Shown one piece after another: positions 7,673 to 18,566 of a DNA stretch of 64,000 bases (position 1 is the first letter of the stretch; each line of letters opens with the position of its first letter). The notes under the pieces were generated by a model. That model ran no database searches. It was not told the origin of the DNA and saw only the letters and a list, made by a program, of their open reading frames with translations. A program made the translations under genes and the position numbers. The stretch is from Candidatus Sericytochromatia bacterium (GTDB lineage Bacteria > Cyanobacteriota > Sericytochromatia > S15B-MN24 > VGJW01). The DNA is taken from positions 1 through 64,000 of the forward strand of contig JAYKHS010000015.1 in assembly GCA_035285865.1 (NCBI GenBank), written 5' to 3'.

Positions 7673-9349
7673 ATGGGACACGACCCGCTTTCGGAGCCAT
7701 CCTTGACCACGTCCTCCCCGACCCTCGCCGCCGAGGTCGCCCGTCGCAAGACGTTTGCCATCATCTCGCACCCGGACGCGGGCAAGACGACGCTGACCGA
7801 AAAGTTGCTGCTGTACGGCGGAGTTATCCAGCTTGCCGGGGCCGTCAAGGCTAAGCGCGGCCGGGCCTCTGCCGTTAGTGACTGGATGGAGATGGAGCGC
7901 GAACGCGGCATCTCCATCACGACCTCTGTCCTGCAATTTCCCTATCGGGGCCTGCAGATGAATCTGCTGGACACCCCCGGACATGCCGACTTCTCCGAGG
8001 ACACTTACCGCACGCTGCACGCCGCCGACGGGGCCGTGATGCTGCTGGACGCGGCGAAGGGCGTCGAGGCCCAGACCAAAAAGCTGTTTCACGTGTGCCG
8101 GCAGCGGCGTATGCCGACCTTCACCTTCGTCAACAAGATGGACCGTCCGGGCCGAGACCCCTTCGACCTGATCGGCGAGGTCGAGAGCCTGCTCGGCATC
8201 GGAGTCTTCCCCGTGACCTGGCCGGTCTTCCGCCAGGGCGTGTTCCGGGGCGTCGTGCACCGCCTGAACCGGCAGGTCCATCTGTTCTCCGAGACCCACG
8301 CCGGTTCCAGCGCAGCCGTCGGTTCCGAGGTGCCTCCCGTGGCCCTTGCCGGCTTCGATGATCCGCTGCTGACGGGCGAACTCGGGGAGGAGGGGCACCA
8401 GCGTCTGCTCGAGGAGCTCGAGATTCTGGACATGGCCGGTGACGGTTTTGACCTGGCACGATTCTCCGTCGGCGACGTCTCTCCGATGTTCTTCGGCAGC
8501 GCCATCAACAACTTCGGGCTCGAGGCCTTCCTCGAGAGCTTCTGCGATCTGATGCCGCCGCCTGCGCCGCGCATCTCGAACGCGGGCCCCATCGCGGCCG
8601 ATGACGAGCGCTTCAGTGCGTTCGTCTTCAAGATCCAGGCCAACATGGACAAGACGCACCGCAACCGCGTGGCCTTCATCCGGATCTGTTCGGGTCGTTT
8701 CGAACGCGGCATGAAGACCGTGCACGTCCGGACCGGTCGGGAGATGCGGCTCTCCAATCCGACGCAGTTCATGGCGCAGGAGCGCAGCCTGGTGGACGAG
8801 GCCTTCGCCGGCGATGTCCTGGGCATCCACGATCCCGGCGTCTTCGAAATCGGCGACACGCTGACGGATGGTCCCGTGCTGACGTTCGACGAGATTCCCA
8901 GCTTCGCCCCCGAGTTGTTCAGTCGCCTCGAGATGGTCGATCCGCTCAAGCGCAAGCAACTGTCCAAGGGGATCGAGCAGCTTGCGCAGGAGGGCACCAT
9001 CCAGCTCTACCGGCCCCCTTCGGGCCGGGGAGGCGACATCGTGCTCGGGGCCGTCGGTCAACTGCAACTCGAGGTCGTCAAGTACCGCCTGAAGAGCGAA
9101 TACGATGTCGAGGTCCGGCTGATGCCCGTCAATTGCTCGTTCGCGCGCTGGGTGGTCCGCAAGGACGGCGGTGACGTCGACCCCGAAAGGCTTGCACAGG
9201 CACGCATCGCGACGGTCGTCGTCGATGTGCGCGATCGGCCGGTCTTCCTGTTCCAGGGCGAGTGGCAGCTCAACATGGCCATGCGGGATCTGCCCGATTA
9301 CGAGTACCGGGAGACGGCCCGGGGCGTGGTCGTCCGCGAACGGGGCTGA
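7673..9349 (+). CDS. prfC: Peptide chain release factor 3
   Basis: RRKTFAIISHPDAGKTTLTEKLL, SDWMEMERERGISITTS, DTPGHADFSEDTYR, FKIQANMD. Confidence 0.97.
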   Translation: MGHDPLSEPSLTTSSPTLAAEVARRKTFAIISHPDAGKTTLTEKLLLYGGVIQLAGAVKAKRGRASAVSDWMEMERERGISITTSVLQFPYRGLQMNLLDTPGHADFSEDTYRTLHAADGAVMLLDAAKGVEAQTKKLFHVCRQRRMPTFTFVNKMDRPGRDPFDLIGEVESLLGIGVFPVTWPVFRQGVFRGVVHRLNRQVHLFSETHAGSSAAVGSEVPPVALAGFDDPLLTGELGEEGHQRLLEELEILDMAGDGFDLARFSVGDVSPMFFGSAINNFGLEAFLESFCDLMPPPAPRISNAGPIAADDERFSAFVFKIQANMDKTHRNRVAFIRICSGRFERGMKTVHVRTGREMRLSNPTQFMAQERSLVDEAFAGDVLGIHDPGVFEIGDTLTDGPVLTFDEIPSFAPELFSRLEMVDPLKRKQLSKGIEQLAQEGTIQLYRPPSGRGGDIVLGAVGQLQLEVVKYRLKSEYDVEVRLMPVNCSFARWVVRKDGGDVDPERLAQARIATVVVDVRDRPVFLFQGEWQLNMAMRDLPDYEYRETARGVVVRERG

Positions 9350-9350
9350 T

Positions 9351-9782
9351 TCAGGGCTGAGGAGCGTGGTCCGGACGGACGCGTTCCCTGAAGGACCCGA
9401 TGGCTCTGATGCCTCGGGTGTTCCTGCCGCACCGCACGACATGCAAGGCATCGCCCAGCACCCAGTAGATGCCAGCCTGTCCGTAGCGCAGCCCGAGGGC
9501 GACGCCGACGGCTTGCGGCGCCGCCACGAGCCAGGAAGGCTCGGCATGCGTACCGTCCGGTGACTGGCCCGTGATGGGGCGAAAGACGTGCCCGCGACGC
9601 CTGAGCTCCCGTCCCAGCCGGGCCATGGCCGTACGGTTGCGTGCCCGGGACCACGTTTGCCCGGTCGGTGCCCAAGCCGTCACGATCACGAATTCGTCGG
9701 GCCACGGCGGGTTGCTGCCGGGTCCCGTGAACACCGTCCCGAGCCAGGCTTCGGGAAAGTCCGGGCCTTCGAGGGTTGGCAC
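9351..9782 (-). CDS. DUF3293-family protein
   Basis: F.IVTAW.P, N......L..EL, G.SPDG.H.EPSW, LG.RYGQ..IY pattern. Confidence 0.75.
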   Translation of the reverse strand: MPTLEGPDFPEAWLGTVFTGPGSNPPWPDEFVIVTAWAPTGQTWSRARNRTAMARLGRELRRRGHVFRPITGQSPDGTHAEPSWLVAAPQAVGVALGLRYGQAGIYWVLGDALHVVRCGRNTRGIRAIGSFRERVRPDHAPQP

Positions 9783-9791
9783 CCGGCTACC

Positions 9792-10565
9792 CTAGCGTTT
9801 CAGGACCAGCGAATCCGTGAGCACCAGGTTCAAGCCGCCCGTGACCTTGAAAGGCTCCACCAGCCTCGCGTTGCCCAGCACGCGATGACTGGCAACCAGA
9901 CGGAATCGCCCCGCCGGCAGATCGTCGATGCGGAAGGCCCCGGACGCGTCCGTCACCGTCAGATACTCGGATCCGGGAATCCAGACCGTCACGCCGGCGG
10001 TTGAAGCGCCGCCGTTGGCCAGCACCTTGCCCGCCACGCTCGCGGTCGCGCCCAGCGAGAGCGCGGTGCTGGCGCTGGCGCCCGGCGTGGTCAGGGGGAT
10101 CTCCAGTTTCCACGCCTTTTCTGCCTCGCTGCGGACGGCTTCGATGTTGTACGAACCCGTCCCGTCCATCACGAACGAGAAGCGTCCCGCGCCATCTGTC
10201 GTCGTGCGCCATGCCGTGACGAGGGATTGGGCGCGCCGTCCGGTGGCCCCGAGGACTCCGAAGCCCACGAGGGCCGAGGTGTTGTTGAGCGCCGAGGTGT
10301 TGTTCAGTGCTGAAGTGTTGTTGAGCGCCGAGGTGTTGTTGAGCGGGGACGAGACATCAAGCATGGCCGAGACAGGCACCTGGGACGCCGGCTTGCCATC
10401 GGTGCTCGAGAGTGTGCCCTCGAGACGCACACGCGTGCTGCCGGCTGCCGTCGCCGATTCCGGACTGCCGGTGGAGGCAGGGGTGGGGGTGCAGGCTCCG
10501 AGAATTCCCGCGAGGCCGAGGGCCATCAGGGTCGCGTGCGCACGTGGGGTCATATCCATTTGCAT
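9792..10565 (-). CDS. Lipoprotein with two carboxypeptidase-regulatory-like beta-sandwich domains and (LNNTSA)4 repeat
   Basis: Lipobox ILGA-C; TTDGAGRFSF and TDASGAFRIDDLPAGRF motifs. Confidence 0.8.
   Translation of the reverse strand: MQMDMTPRAHATLMALGLAGILGACTPTPASTGSPESATAAGSTRVRLEGTLSSTDGKPASQVPVSAMLDVSSPLNNTSALNNTSALNNTSALNNTSALVGFGVLGATGRRAQSLVTAWRTTTDGAGRFSFVMDGTGSYNIEAVRSEAEKAWKLEIPLTTPGASASTALSLGATASVAGKVLANGGASTAGVTVWIPGSEYLTVTDASGAFRIDDLPAGRFRLVASHRVLGNARLVEPFKVTGGLNLVLTDSLVLKR
10272..10343 (-). repeat. Four 18-bp units encoding LNNTSA x4
   Basis: Identical peptide units with synonymous codon differences between copies. Confidence 0.9.
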
Positions 10566-10676
10566 AGGGGCATCCTATCAGGTCGATAGGAACAAAGTCT
10601 GTGCTCGGGGCTTGTCCGGGACGCACCCGACGGGTATGGACAAAGAGTAGACAGGTTTTGCGGACGGGGTTGCAGC

Positions 10677-11711
10677 ATGCATCGAAACACGCACTGGTTG
10701 GCCGTTCTGGCACCGATGTTCCTGATTGGCGGTACGGTCGGCGTCGCGACGCGTGCCATCGCGGCCGGAGATGACCTGCAGGTCCGCGCTCAGGCTGCCT
10801 TCAAGCCGATCGACCGGCCGGCACCCAACAAGGCCGTGCGCGTGGAGCTGGGGCGCCAGCTCTATCACGATCCGCGCCTGTCCCGCAGCGGGGCCATCAG
10901 CTGCGCCTCCTGCCACAATCTCGCCAGCGGCGGCGTGGACAATCGCGAGACCTCGCTCGGTCACAAGGCTCAGGTGGGCGGGCGCAATGCGCCGACCACA
11001 CTCAACGCCTCGGTGCATCTGGCCCAGTTCTGGGACGGCCGCGCCAAGGACCTGACGGAGCAGGCCAAGGGCCCTATCCTCAATCCTGGCGAGATGGCCC
11101 TGCCCAGCGAGGCCGAGGCCGTGAAGATCATCCGCAGCGTGCCCGGTTACCAGAAGGCCTTCAAGGCAGCCTTCCCGGGCAGCGGAGTCACCTACCAGAA
11201 CATCGCGGTGGCCATCGCAGACTTCGAGAAGACGCTCGTCACGCCAAGCCGCTTCGACGACTATCTGCGTGGCCGCAAGGATGCCTTGTCCACAGCCGAG
11301 AAAAAGGGCCTCAAGACCTTCATGGACAAGGGTTGCGTCACCTGCCACAGCGGCGTCGGCGTCGGTGGCGGCATGTACATGAAGTTCGGCATGGTCGCAC
11401 CCTACAAGCATCAGGCGGACGAGGGCCGCTTCGCCATCACCAAGGACCCTGCAGACAAGTTCGTCTTCAAGGTGCCGTCCTTGCGAAATGTCCAGAAGAC
11501 CTATCCGTACTTCCATGACGGCAAGGTCTGGTCCCTCGACGAGGCCGTGGCGATCATGGGCAAGACCCAGCTTGGCGTCGATCTCTCCGGCGAAGAGCGC
11601 GCCTCGATCGTCGCGTTCCTGAAGGCTCTCGATGGCGATTTGCCCCCGCAGGCCATGCGCATTCCCGAGCTGCCCGTCTCGGGACCGGACACTCCGCGTC
11701 CGTCCCTCTGA
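10677..11711 (+). CDS. ccp: Di-haem cytochrome c peroxidase (bCcP/MauG family)
   Basis: Signal peptide, CASCH and CVTCH haem motifs, RNAPT..N, QFWDGRA, FKVPSLRN, PYFHDG. Confidence 0.93.
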   Translation: MHRNTHWLAVLAPMFLIGGTVGVATRAIAAGDDLQVRAQAAFKPIDRPAPNKAVRVELGRQLYHDPRLSRSGAISCASCHNLASGGVDNRETSLGHKAQVGGRNAPTTLNASVHLAQFWDGRAKDLTEQAKGPILNPGEMALPSEAEAVKIIRSVPGYQKAFKAAFPGSGVTYQNIAVAIADFEKTLVTPSRFDDYLRGRKDALSTAEKKGLKTFMDKGCVTCHSGVGVGGGMYMKFGMVAPYKHQADEGRFAITKDPADKFVFKVPSLRNVQKTYPYFHDGKVWSLDEAVAIMGKTQLGVDLSGEERASIVAFLKALDGDLPPQAMRIPELPVSGPDTPRPSL

Positions 11712-11769
11712 TCCGGCGACGAGGCGGCAGGTCCGATCCTTCCCGGGCCTGCCGTCCGGCGTCCGGGGC

Positions 11770-12441
11770 TCAGTCGCCTCCGGAAACGGTGTCGGGCACC
11801 ATGGGCTGTCCCTGGGGCATGGCCAGCAGAGCTACGTTCAGCACGGGATCCTGCGCCCACGCACCATTCCTGAACTGGCTGCGGATCATCAAGCCCGTGT
11901 CGAGGCGCGTCGACGCGCCCAGCCGCCGCGCGATGCCGACCTGCGTCCGGACCTGGGCAAGGCCCAGATCGTTCGCGGCGAATCCGGCCTGATTGGCGTC
12001 GAAGATGCCCTCGATCCACGCGAAGGGCATCCAGGCGGCATCCGCCGGCGCCCACATCATCCGGAACTGGTTGCGGTAGCGCAGGCTCTGCTGCCCGGCG
12101 GCCACCCGTGCGCGCCACTCGACGCGGTGTCGGTCCACCCACGCGACGTCACCCCAGCGACCCAACTGGTTCGGCTCGACTTCGAGGCGATACTCCTGGT
12201 CCCAGGTGCCGGGTGACGCCTGCGTCGTGATGGCGGCGACCTGTGTCGCAAGCATCCACTCCGGCGAGAGCGTCCAAAGGGCCCCGGTCCTCAGGAACTG
12301 CCCGCCAAGGCCACCATAGCGGGAACCCAGCCGCAGATCCGTCGCCAATCGCCATTGCAGGGGGCTGCCCGTGATCGGAGCCGCCGCCGTGACGGGAAGG
12401 CGCACTTCCTGCCAGAACCATGCCTCGGGTTCAGCAATCAT
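11770..12441 (-). CDS. DUF2490-like outer-membrane beta-barrel protein
   Basis: Amphipathic beta strands, EYRL, DRHRVEWR, RYRNQFR motifs. Start uncertain and no clear signal peptide. Confidence 0.6.
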   Translation of the reverse strand: MIAEPEAWFWQEVRLPVTAAAPITGSPLQWRLATDLRLGSRYGGLGGQFLRTGALWTLSPEWMLATQVAAITTQASPGTWDQEYRLEVEPNQLGRWGDVAWVDRHRVEWRARVAAGQQSLRYRNQFRMMWAPADAAWMPFAWIEGIFDANQAGFAANDLGLAQVRTQVGIARRLGASTRLDTGLMIRSQFRNGAWAQDPVLNVALLAMPQGQPMVPDTVSGGD

Positions 12442-12515
12442 CGTCGTTGTTGCCTCGTGCGCACGCCGTGGCGCATCTTCGTGCCGGACCGTGGGGTACC
12501 ATGAAACCGGGACCC

Positions 12516-13568
12516 ATGACCATGATCCAGCCACAAGCCACGGCCGTCGACCCCTTCGAGGCCATCGAACGCCTCAAGCGCGAGCGCAGGGCCATCGTGC
12601 TCGCCCATTACTATCAGGATCCCGACATCCAGGACGTGGCCGACTACCTCGGCGACAGCTTGGGCCTGTCCCAGCAGGCCGCATCCACGGATGCGGACGT
12701 GATCGTGTTCTGCGGCGTTCACTTCATGGCCGAGACCGCCAAGATCCTGAACCCCGGCAAGACGGTGTTGATGCCGGATCTCGATGCCGGTTGCAGTCTT
12801 TCCGACTCATGTCCGGCCGATCGCTTCGCTGCCTGGCGTCTGGAACACCCCGGTCTGCCGGCAGTCAGTTACATCAACTGCTCCGCGCAGGTCAAGGCGC
12901 TTTCGGATGTCATCTGCACCTCCTCCAACGCCATCGAGATCGTTGCGCGCCTGCCGGGCGACGGTCCCGTGCTCTTCGCGCCGGATCGGCACCTGGCCGC
13001 GCACGTTGCGAGGCATACGGGACGCACGCTGATTCCGTGGCCCGGAGCCTGCCACGTCCACGAGGTCTTTTCCGAGCGCAAGCTGGTCGAACTCAAGGGC
13101 CGCCATCCCGAGGCGGTCGTGCTGGCCCATCCCGAGTGCGACGCGGCCGTGCTGGCACATGCCGACGTCATCGGGTCGACGAGTCGCCTGCTGGAGACTG
13201 CGGTCCAGCATCCGGCTGCAACCTTCATCGTGGTCACCGAGGCCGGCATCCTGCACCAGATGCAGAAGCGGGCACCGGGCAAGACCTTCGTGCCCGCACC
13301 GCCGAACAATCAGTGTGCCTGCAACGAGTGCCCGTTCATGCGCGTCCAGACCCTCGACAAGGTCGTCTCGGCCCTCGAGCGCCTGTCCCCGGCCGTGGAT
13401 GTCCCCGAACCGCTGCGCGGTCAGGCCCTGCTGGCCATCCGGCGCATGCTGGAACCTGATCTGCCCGTGACCCCCCTGTCGCCGGACGAGATTCGCCGCA
13501 GGATGGAGAGTCCGCTCCCCGCCACGGTCCTGACGGACCGTCGCCCGCGCGATCCCGGGGCCTGCTGA
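12516..13568 (+). CDS. nadA: Quinolinate synthase
   Basis: IVLAHYYQ, GDSLGLS, FCGVHFMAETAKILNP, AGCSL, YINCSA, CHVHE, AHPEC, CPFM. Confidence 0.97.
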   Translation: MTMIQPQATAVDPFEAIERLKRERRAIVLAHYYQDPDIQDVADYLGDSLGLSQQAASTDADVIVFCGVHFMAETAKILNPGKTVLMPDLDAGCSLSDSCPADRFAAWRLEHPGLPAVSYINCSAQVKALSDVICTSSNAIEIVARLPGDGPVLFAPDRHLAAHVARHTGRTLIPWPGACHVHEVFSERKLVELKGRHPEAVVLAHPECDAAVLAHADVIGSTSRLLETAVQHPAATFIVVTEAGILHQMQKRAPGKTFVPAPPNNQCACNECPFMRVQTLDKVVSALERLSPAVDVPEPLRGQALLAIRRMLEPDLPVTPLSPDEIRRRMESPLPATVLTDRRPRDPGAC

Positions 13569-13570
13569 AG

Positions 13571-15193
13571 GTGGCGGCCGCTGCTGGCGCGGGGCTGCCG
13601 TCCCACGTCGACGTGCTCGTCATCGGCTCGGGCATCGCGGGTTGCGCCGCGGCGCTGGCAGCCGCGGACGCAGGCGCCCAGGTCTTGGTTCTGACCAAGG
13701 AGGCCACGGCCGAAGAGTCCAATACCTGGTACGCGCAAGGGGGCATCATCTTCCGCGGTATCGAGGACAGCCCGGAGCGCCTGCTTGCGGACATCATCGC
13801 GGCCGGGGCCGGACTGGTTCTCGAGCCGGCTGCCCGCTTGCTTGCCGAGGAAGGGCACCGGCAGGTTCAGGAGGTCCTGATCGATCGGATCGGCGTGCCG
13901 TTCGACCGTGAGGGCACGGACTTCCATCTGGTGCAGGAGGCCGCGCACAGTGCCCCCCGGATTCTGCACCGCAAGGACCACACGGGTCGTGCCATCGAGG
14001 AACCCATGACGCGCGTCATGGCCCAGCATCCCCGCATCCGTGTGCTGACGCGCCATACCGCCGTCGACCTCATCACCACCGACCATCACGCGCTGGTGCC
14101 GGAGCTGCTCCACGAGGAGCCGCGCTGCATCGGTGCCTATGTCTTGGCCGAAGATTCGGGGATGGTCGAACCCGTCCGTGCCCGTGAAGTCATCCTGGCA
14201 ACGGGGGGGCTCGGGCGGCTGTACCTCCACACGACCAACCCCGCGGGGTCCCGAGGGGATGGCCTCGCGATGGCCGACCGTGCCGGCGCGCGTTTGGTCA
14301 ACCTGCCCTACATCCAGTTTCATCCGACCGCCCTCTACCACGCCAGCGGACGCTTCCTGCTGTCCGAGGCCCTGCGGGGGGAGGGCGCCCACCTGCTCGG
14401 TCCCGACATGCAGCCCTTCATGGAGCGTTTTCATCCCGACGGCACCCTGGCGCCCCGTGACGTGGTCTCGCGGGCGATCCACCAGGTCATGCTCGAAACC
14501 GGCTCGCCTCACGTGTGGCTGGACATCGCGCATCGCGGCGAGAACTGGGTGCGCGAACACTTTCCCGATCTTTGTGCCGTCAGTGCGCGTGCCGGCGTCG
14601 ATCTGGCGCGCGAGCCGGTGCCGGTCGTCCCCGCTGCCCACTACAGTTGCGGTGGCGTGGCGGTCGATCTCGAGGGGGCCTCGTCCCTGCGCGGACTCAG
14701 GGCCGTGGGCGAGGTCAGCTGCACCGGGGTGCACGGAGCGAACCGGCTTGCCTCGACCAGCCTGCTCGAGGGCCTCGTCTGGGGGACACGCGCCGGTCGC
14801 GCGGCCGCATCCTCGGGCCCGCTGGGTGCCGAGCAGGGTCCGCCCATCGCCCCCTGGCGCCACGAGCATGAGCCGGTGGACCCGGCGCTGGTTGCGCAGG
14901 ACTGGAACACCATCCAGCACACGATGTGGAACTACGTCGGCCTCGTCCGGAACGAACGCCGCCTGGTGAGGGCCGGGCGCATCCTTGCCGCGCTCGATGA
15001 AGAGGTGTCGGCCTTTTATGCCAGCGGCACGATGAGCGATGCCCTTGTCGGTCTGCGCAACGGAGTCCGGGCCGCTCGACTGGTGGCCCGTGCCGCCCTC
15101 AAGGCCCGCTGGAGCCTGGGCTGCCACTATCGGGAAGACGTGCCGGGGCCACCGGCCCTGGGTCGCCTTCCGACGCTTCGTCCCATCGGCTGA
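13571..15193 (+). CDS. nadB: L-aspartate oxidase
   Basis: IGSGIAG, NTWYAQGGI, IQFHPT, LLSEALRGEGA, LAPRDVVSRAI, TGVHGANRLASTSLLE; adjacent to nadA. Confidence 0.96.
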   Translation: MAAAAGAGLPSHVDVLVIGSGIAGCAAALAAADAGAQVLVLTKEATAEESNTWYAQGGIIFRGIEDSPERLLADIIAAGAGLVLEPAARLLAEEGHRQVQEVLIDRIGVPFDREGTDFHLVQEAAHSAPRILHRKDHTGRAIEEPMTRVMAQHPRIRVLTRHTAVDLITTDHHALVPELLHEEPRCIGAYVLAEDSGMVEPVRAREVILATGGLGRLYLHTTNPAGSRGDGLAMADRAGARLVNLPYIQFHPTALYHASGRFLLSEALRGEGAHLLGPDMQPFMERFHPDGTLAPRDVVSRAIHQVMLETGSPHVWLDIAHRGENWVREHFPDLCAVSARAGVDLAREPVPVVPAAHYSCGGVAVDLEGASSLRGLRAVGEVSCTGVHGANRLASTSLLEGLVWGTRAGRAAASSGPLGAEQGPPIAPWRHEHEPVDPALVAQDWNTIQHTMWNYVGLVRNERRLVRAGRILAALDEEVSAFYASGTMSDALVGLRNGVRAARLVARAALKARWSLGCHYREDVPGPPALGRLPTLRPIG

Positions 15194-16517
15194 CCGGAGC
15201 CCCGAGCGCCGCGAGCTCCCCCGGTGGCCCGTGGACCGTGACCAGCAGGCCCCCTTCCGGTCCGTCCTCGACCTTGACCACGCGTACCCGCCGGTAGATC
15301 TCGGACAGCCGTGCGCGATCCCCTGCCGCCAGCGCAAGCACCGCTTCGCGCGGCGGGCCGGCCACCTGCGCCTCGACGACGGCGCGCAGATCCTTCAGGC
15401 CCTCGCCCGAGGCCGCGGAAACAGGGACACAACCGGGTTCCTCGTCGCGCGCCTGGTCGAGTCGTGCCTGCGCCTCGGGCCGGTCCACCTTGTTGAAGAC
15501 CACGATCTCGGGGCGATCACCGGCTCCGATTTCCGTCAGGACCGAGCGCGTCTCGGCCATGTGCTCGGCCCAGGCAGGGTGGGAGAGGTCTACCACGTGG
15601 AGCAGCAGATCGGCTTCGGCAGCCTCGGCCAGCGTGGACCGGAAGCTGGCGACCAACTGGTGGGGCAGCTTGCGGATGAATCCCACGGTGTCCGTCAGCA
15701 GGGCATCGCGTCCGGTGGCAAGGGACCAGCGTCGGGTAGTGGCGTCCAGCGTGGCGAACAGCTTGTCCTCGGCGAGGACCCCTGCCCGGGTCAGGGCATT
15801 GAGCAACGAAGACTTGCCGGCATTGGTGTAGCCCACCAAGGCAACCCGGAAAAAGCCGTCGTGTCCCCGCAGCCGTGTCTCGGCCTGGCGCCCGATACGA
15901 CCCAGCTCCCGCTTGAGCGCGGCAATGCGGGCCTTGACGATGCGACGGTCGATTTCCAGCTGACTCTCGCCCTCGCCGCCGCGGGTGCGCGTGCCGCCCT
16001 TCTGGCGCGTGAAGTGGGTCCAAAGGCCCGTCAGGCGCGGCAGCATGTACTCGTGCTGCGCCAGTTCGACCTGGGTGCGGGCCTCACGAGTCCTGGCGCG
16101 CATCGCGAAGATGTCGAGGATGAGGCCGGTCCTGTCCATGACCTTGACCTTGGCCTGCTTCTCGAGGTTGCGCTGCTGGCCTGGCGTGAGCTCGTCGTCG
16201 AAGAGCAGCCAGTCGGCTTTCTGCTCTTCGGCCAGTGCCATCACCTCCTCCACCTTGCCGCTGCCCAGGAACGTGGCCGGATCGGGCTTGGAACGGGCCT
16301 GGATCACCCGGCCCACGACATCCATCCCGTCCGTCGTCGCCAGCTGGGCCATCTCCTCGAGGTGTTCCTCGACCTCGGGGCGGTCCTGACCACGACCTTG
16401 GACTCCGATCAGGATGGCCTTCGGGCGGATCTCGACCGTCTCGAAGAACTCCTTGCGCGTGTCGCGTTGCTTGCGGCCCAAGGTCAGCCTCCTGCCGGTC
16501 TTGGCGCGGAAGCCCAC
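15099..16517 (-). CDS. hflX: Ribosome-rescue GTPase HflX
   Basis: GSGKVEE, DRTGLILDIFA.RA, VALVGYTNAGKSS, LFATLD, DTVGFIRKLPH, NKVD. Confidence 0.97.
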   Translation of the reverse strand: MGFRAKTGRRLTLGRKQRDTRKEFFETVEIRPKAILIGVQGRGQDRPEVEEHLEEMAQLATTDGMDVVGRVIQARSKPDPATFLGSGKVEEVMALAEEQKADWLLFDDELTPGQQRNLEKQAKVKVMDRTGLILDIFAMRARTREARTQVELAQHEYMLPRLTGLWTHFTRQKGGTRTRGGEGESQLEIDRRIVKARIAALKRELGRIGRQAETRLRGHDGFFRVALVGYTNAGKSSLLNALTRAGVLAEDKLFATLDATTRRWSLATGRDALLTDTVGFIRKLPHQLVASFRSTLAEAAEADLLLHVVDLSHPAWAEHMAETRSVLTEIGAGDRPEIVVFNKVDRPEAQARLDQARDEEPGCVPVSAASGEGLKDLRAVVEAQVAGPPREAVLALAAGDRARLSEIYRRVRVVKVEDGPEGGLLVTVHGPPGELAALGAPVSRWDEASEGDPGPVAPARLPDSGSPGSSGP

Positions 16518-17259
16518 GCCAACGCCGAGCCGGCCGGTCCCAGATCGATCTCCAGCGCCTGGACGACTTCTTCCATCTGGCGCTGCCAGACCACGGCCAT
16601 CTGACCGATGGGGTCGGGGTGACTGGCGAAGCCTTCGTAGGTCATCGCCGGCAGGAAGCGGATCTTGAGGGGGCCGGGGTTCACCTCGAGCAGGCGGTCC
16701 TGCGGGAAACGGGCAAAGGAACCGGCGATGGCCGCGGGAATCACGGGCAGGCCCGTCTCCCGGGCAAAGTGGAACACGCCGCGCTTGGCCTCGCCCATCA
16801 CCCCGGTCCGGGTCCGGGTGCCTTCCGGGAAGAGGGCCAGGTACTGGTCACCGTCGACCTCGGCAAGGCCCGCACGAATCTGCCGGACGGCCTGGTCCCG
16901 GTCCTTGCGGTTGATGGGGATGTTGCCATACCAGAGCTGAAGCCGGCCGAAGATGGGCACGGAAAGCAGCTCCTGCTTGAAGACGAAGCGCGGCAGCCGG
17001 GTCGGCAAGGCGGACACCAGAGCCGGGATGTCGAGGTTGCCTTGATGATTCGGGGCGAGTAGGAACGGCCCGTCCGGGACATGTTCCAGGCCCTCGACCT
17101 CGAGGCGCACGCCGGCGGCCTGCAGGAGCAGAGGAAAGACCTTCTGGGGCTGGGTGCGCAGGTAGGCGCGCCGATCACGCCGCAGCAGGGCACCGAACCA
17201 GACCCTCGGGAACTGGAAGAGCGCCGATGTCGCCAGCGCAAGGCCGTGCCGCAGGCCCA

Positions 17260-17260
<1 letters not shown>
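16484..17260 (-). CDS. plsC: 1-acyl-sn-glycerol-3-phosphate acyltransferase
   Basis: NHQGNLD and FPEGTR acyltransferase blocks. Confidence 0.85.
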
Positions 17261-18564
<1,304 letters not shown>

Positions 18565-18566
18565 GA

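Noticed and set aside
7553..9547. Long antisense ORFs (also 13421..15337, 21851..23905, 28591..30495, 34055..36349, 48753..50180)
   Set aside because: Stop-poor shadow frames opposite well-supported genes, as expected at high GC
10272..10343. Possible CRISPR or non-coding repeat array
   Set aside because: Contiguous 18-bp in-frame units with no spacers and no cas genes; no CRISPR array found anywhere in the window
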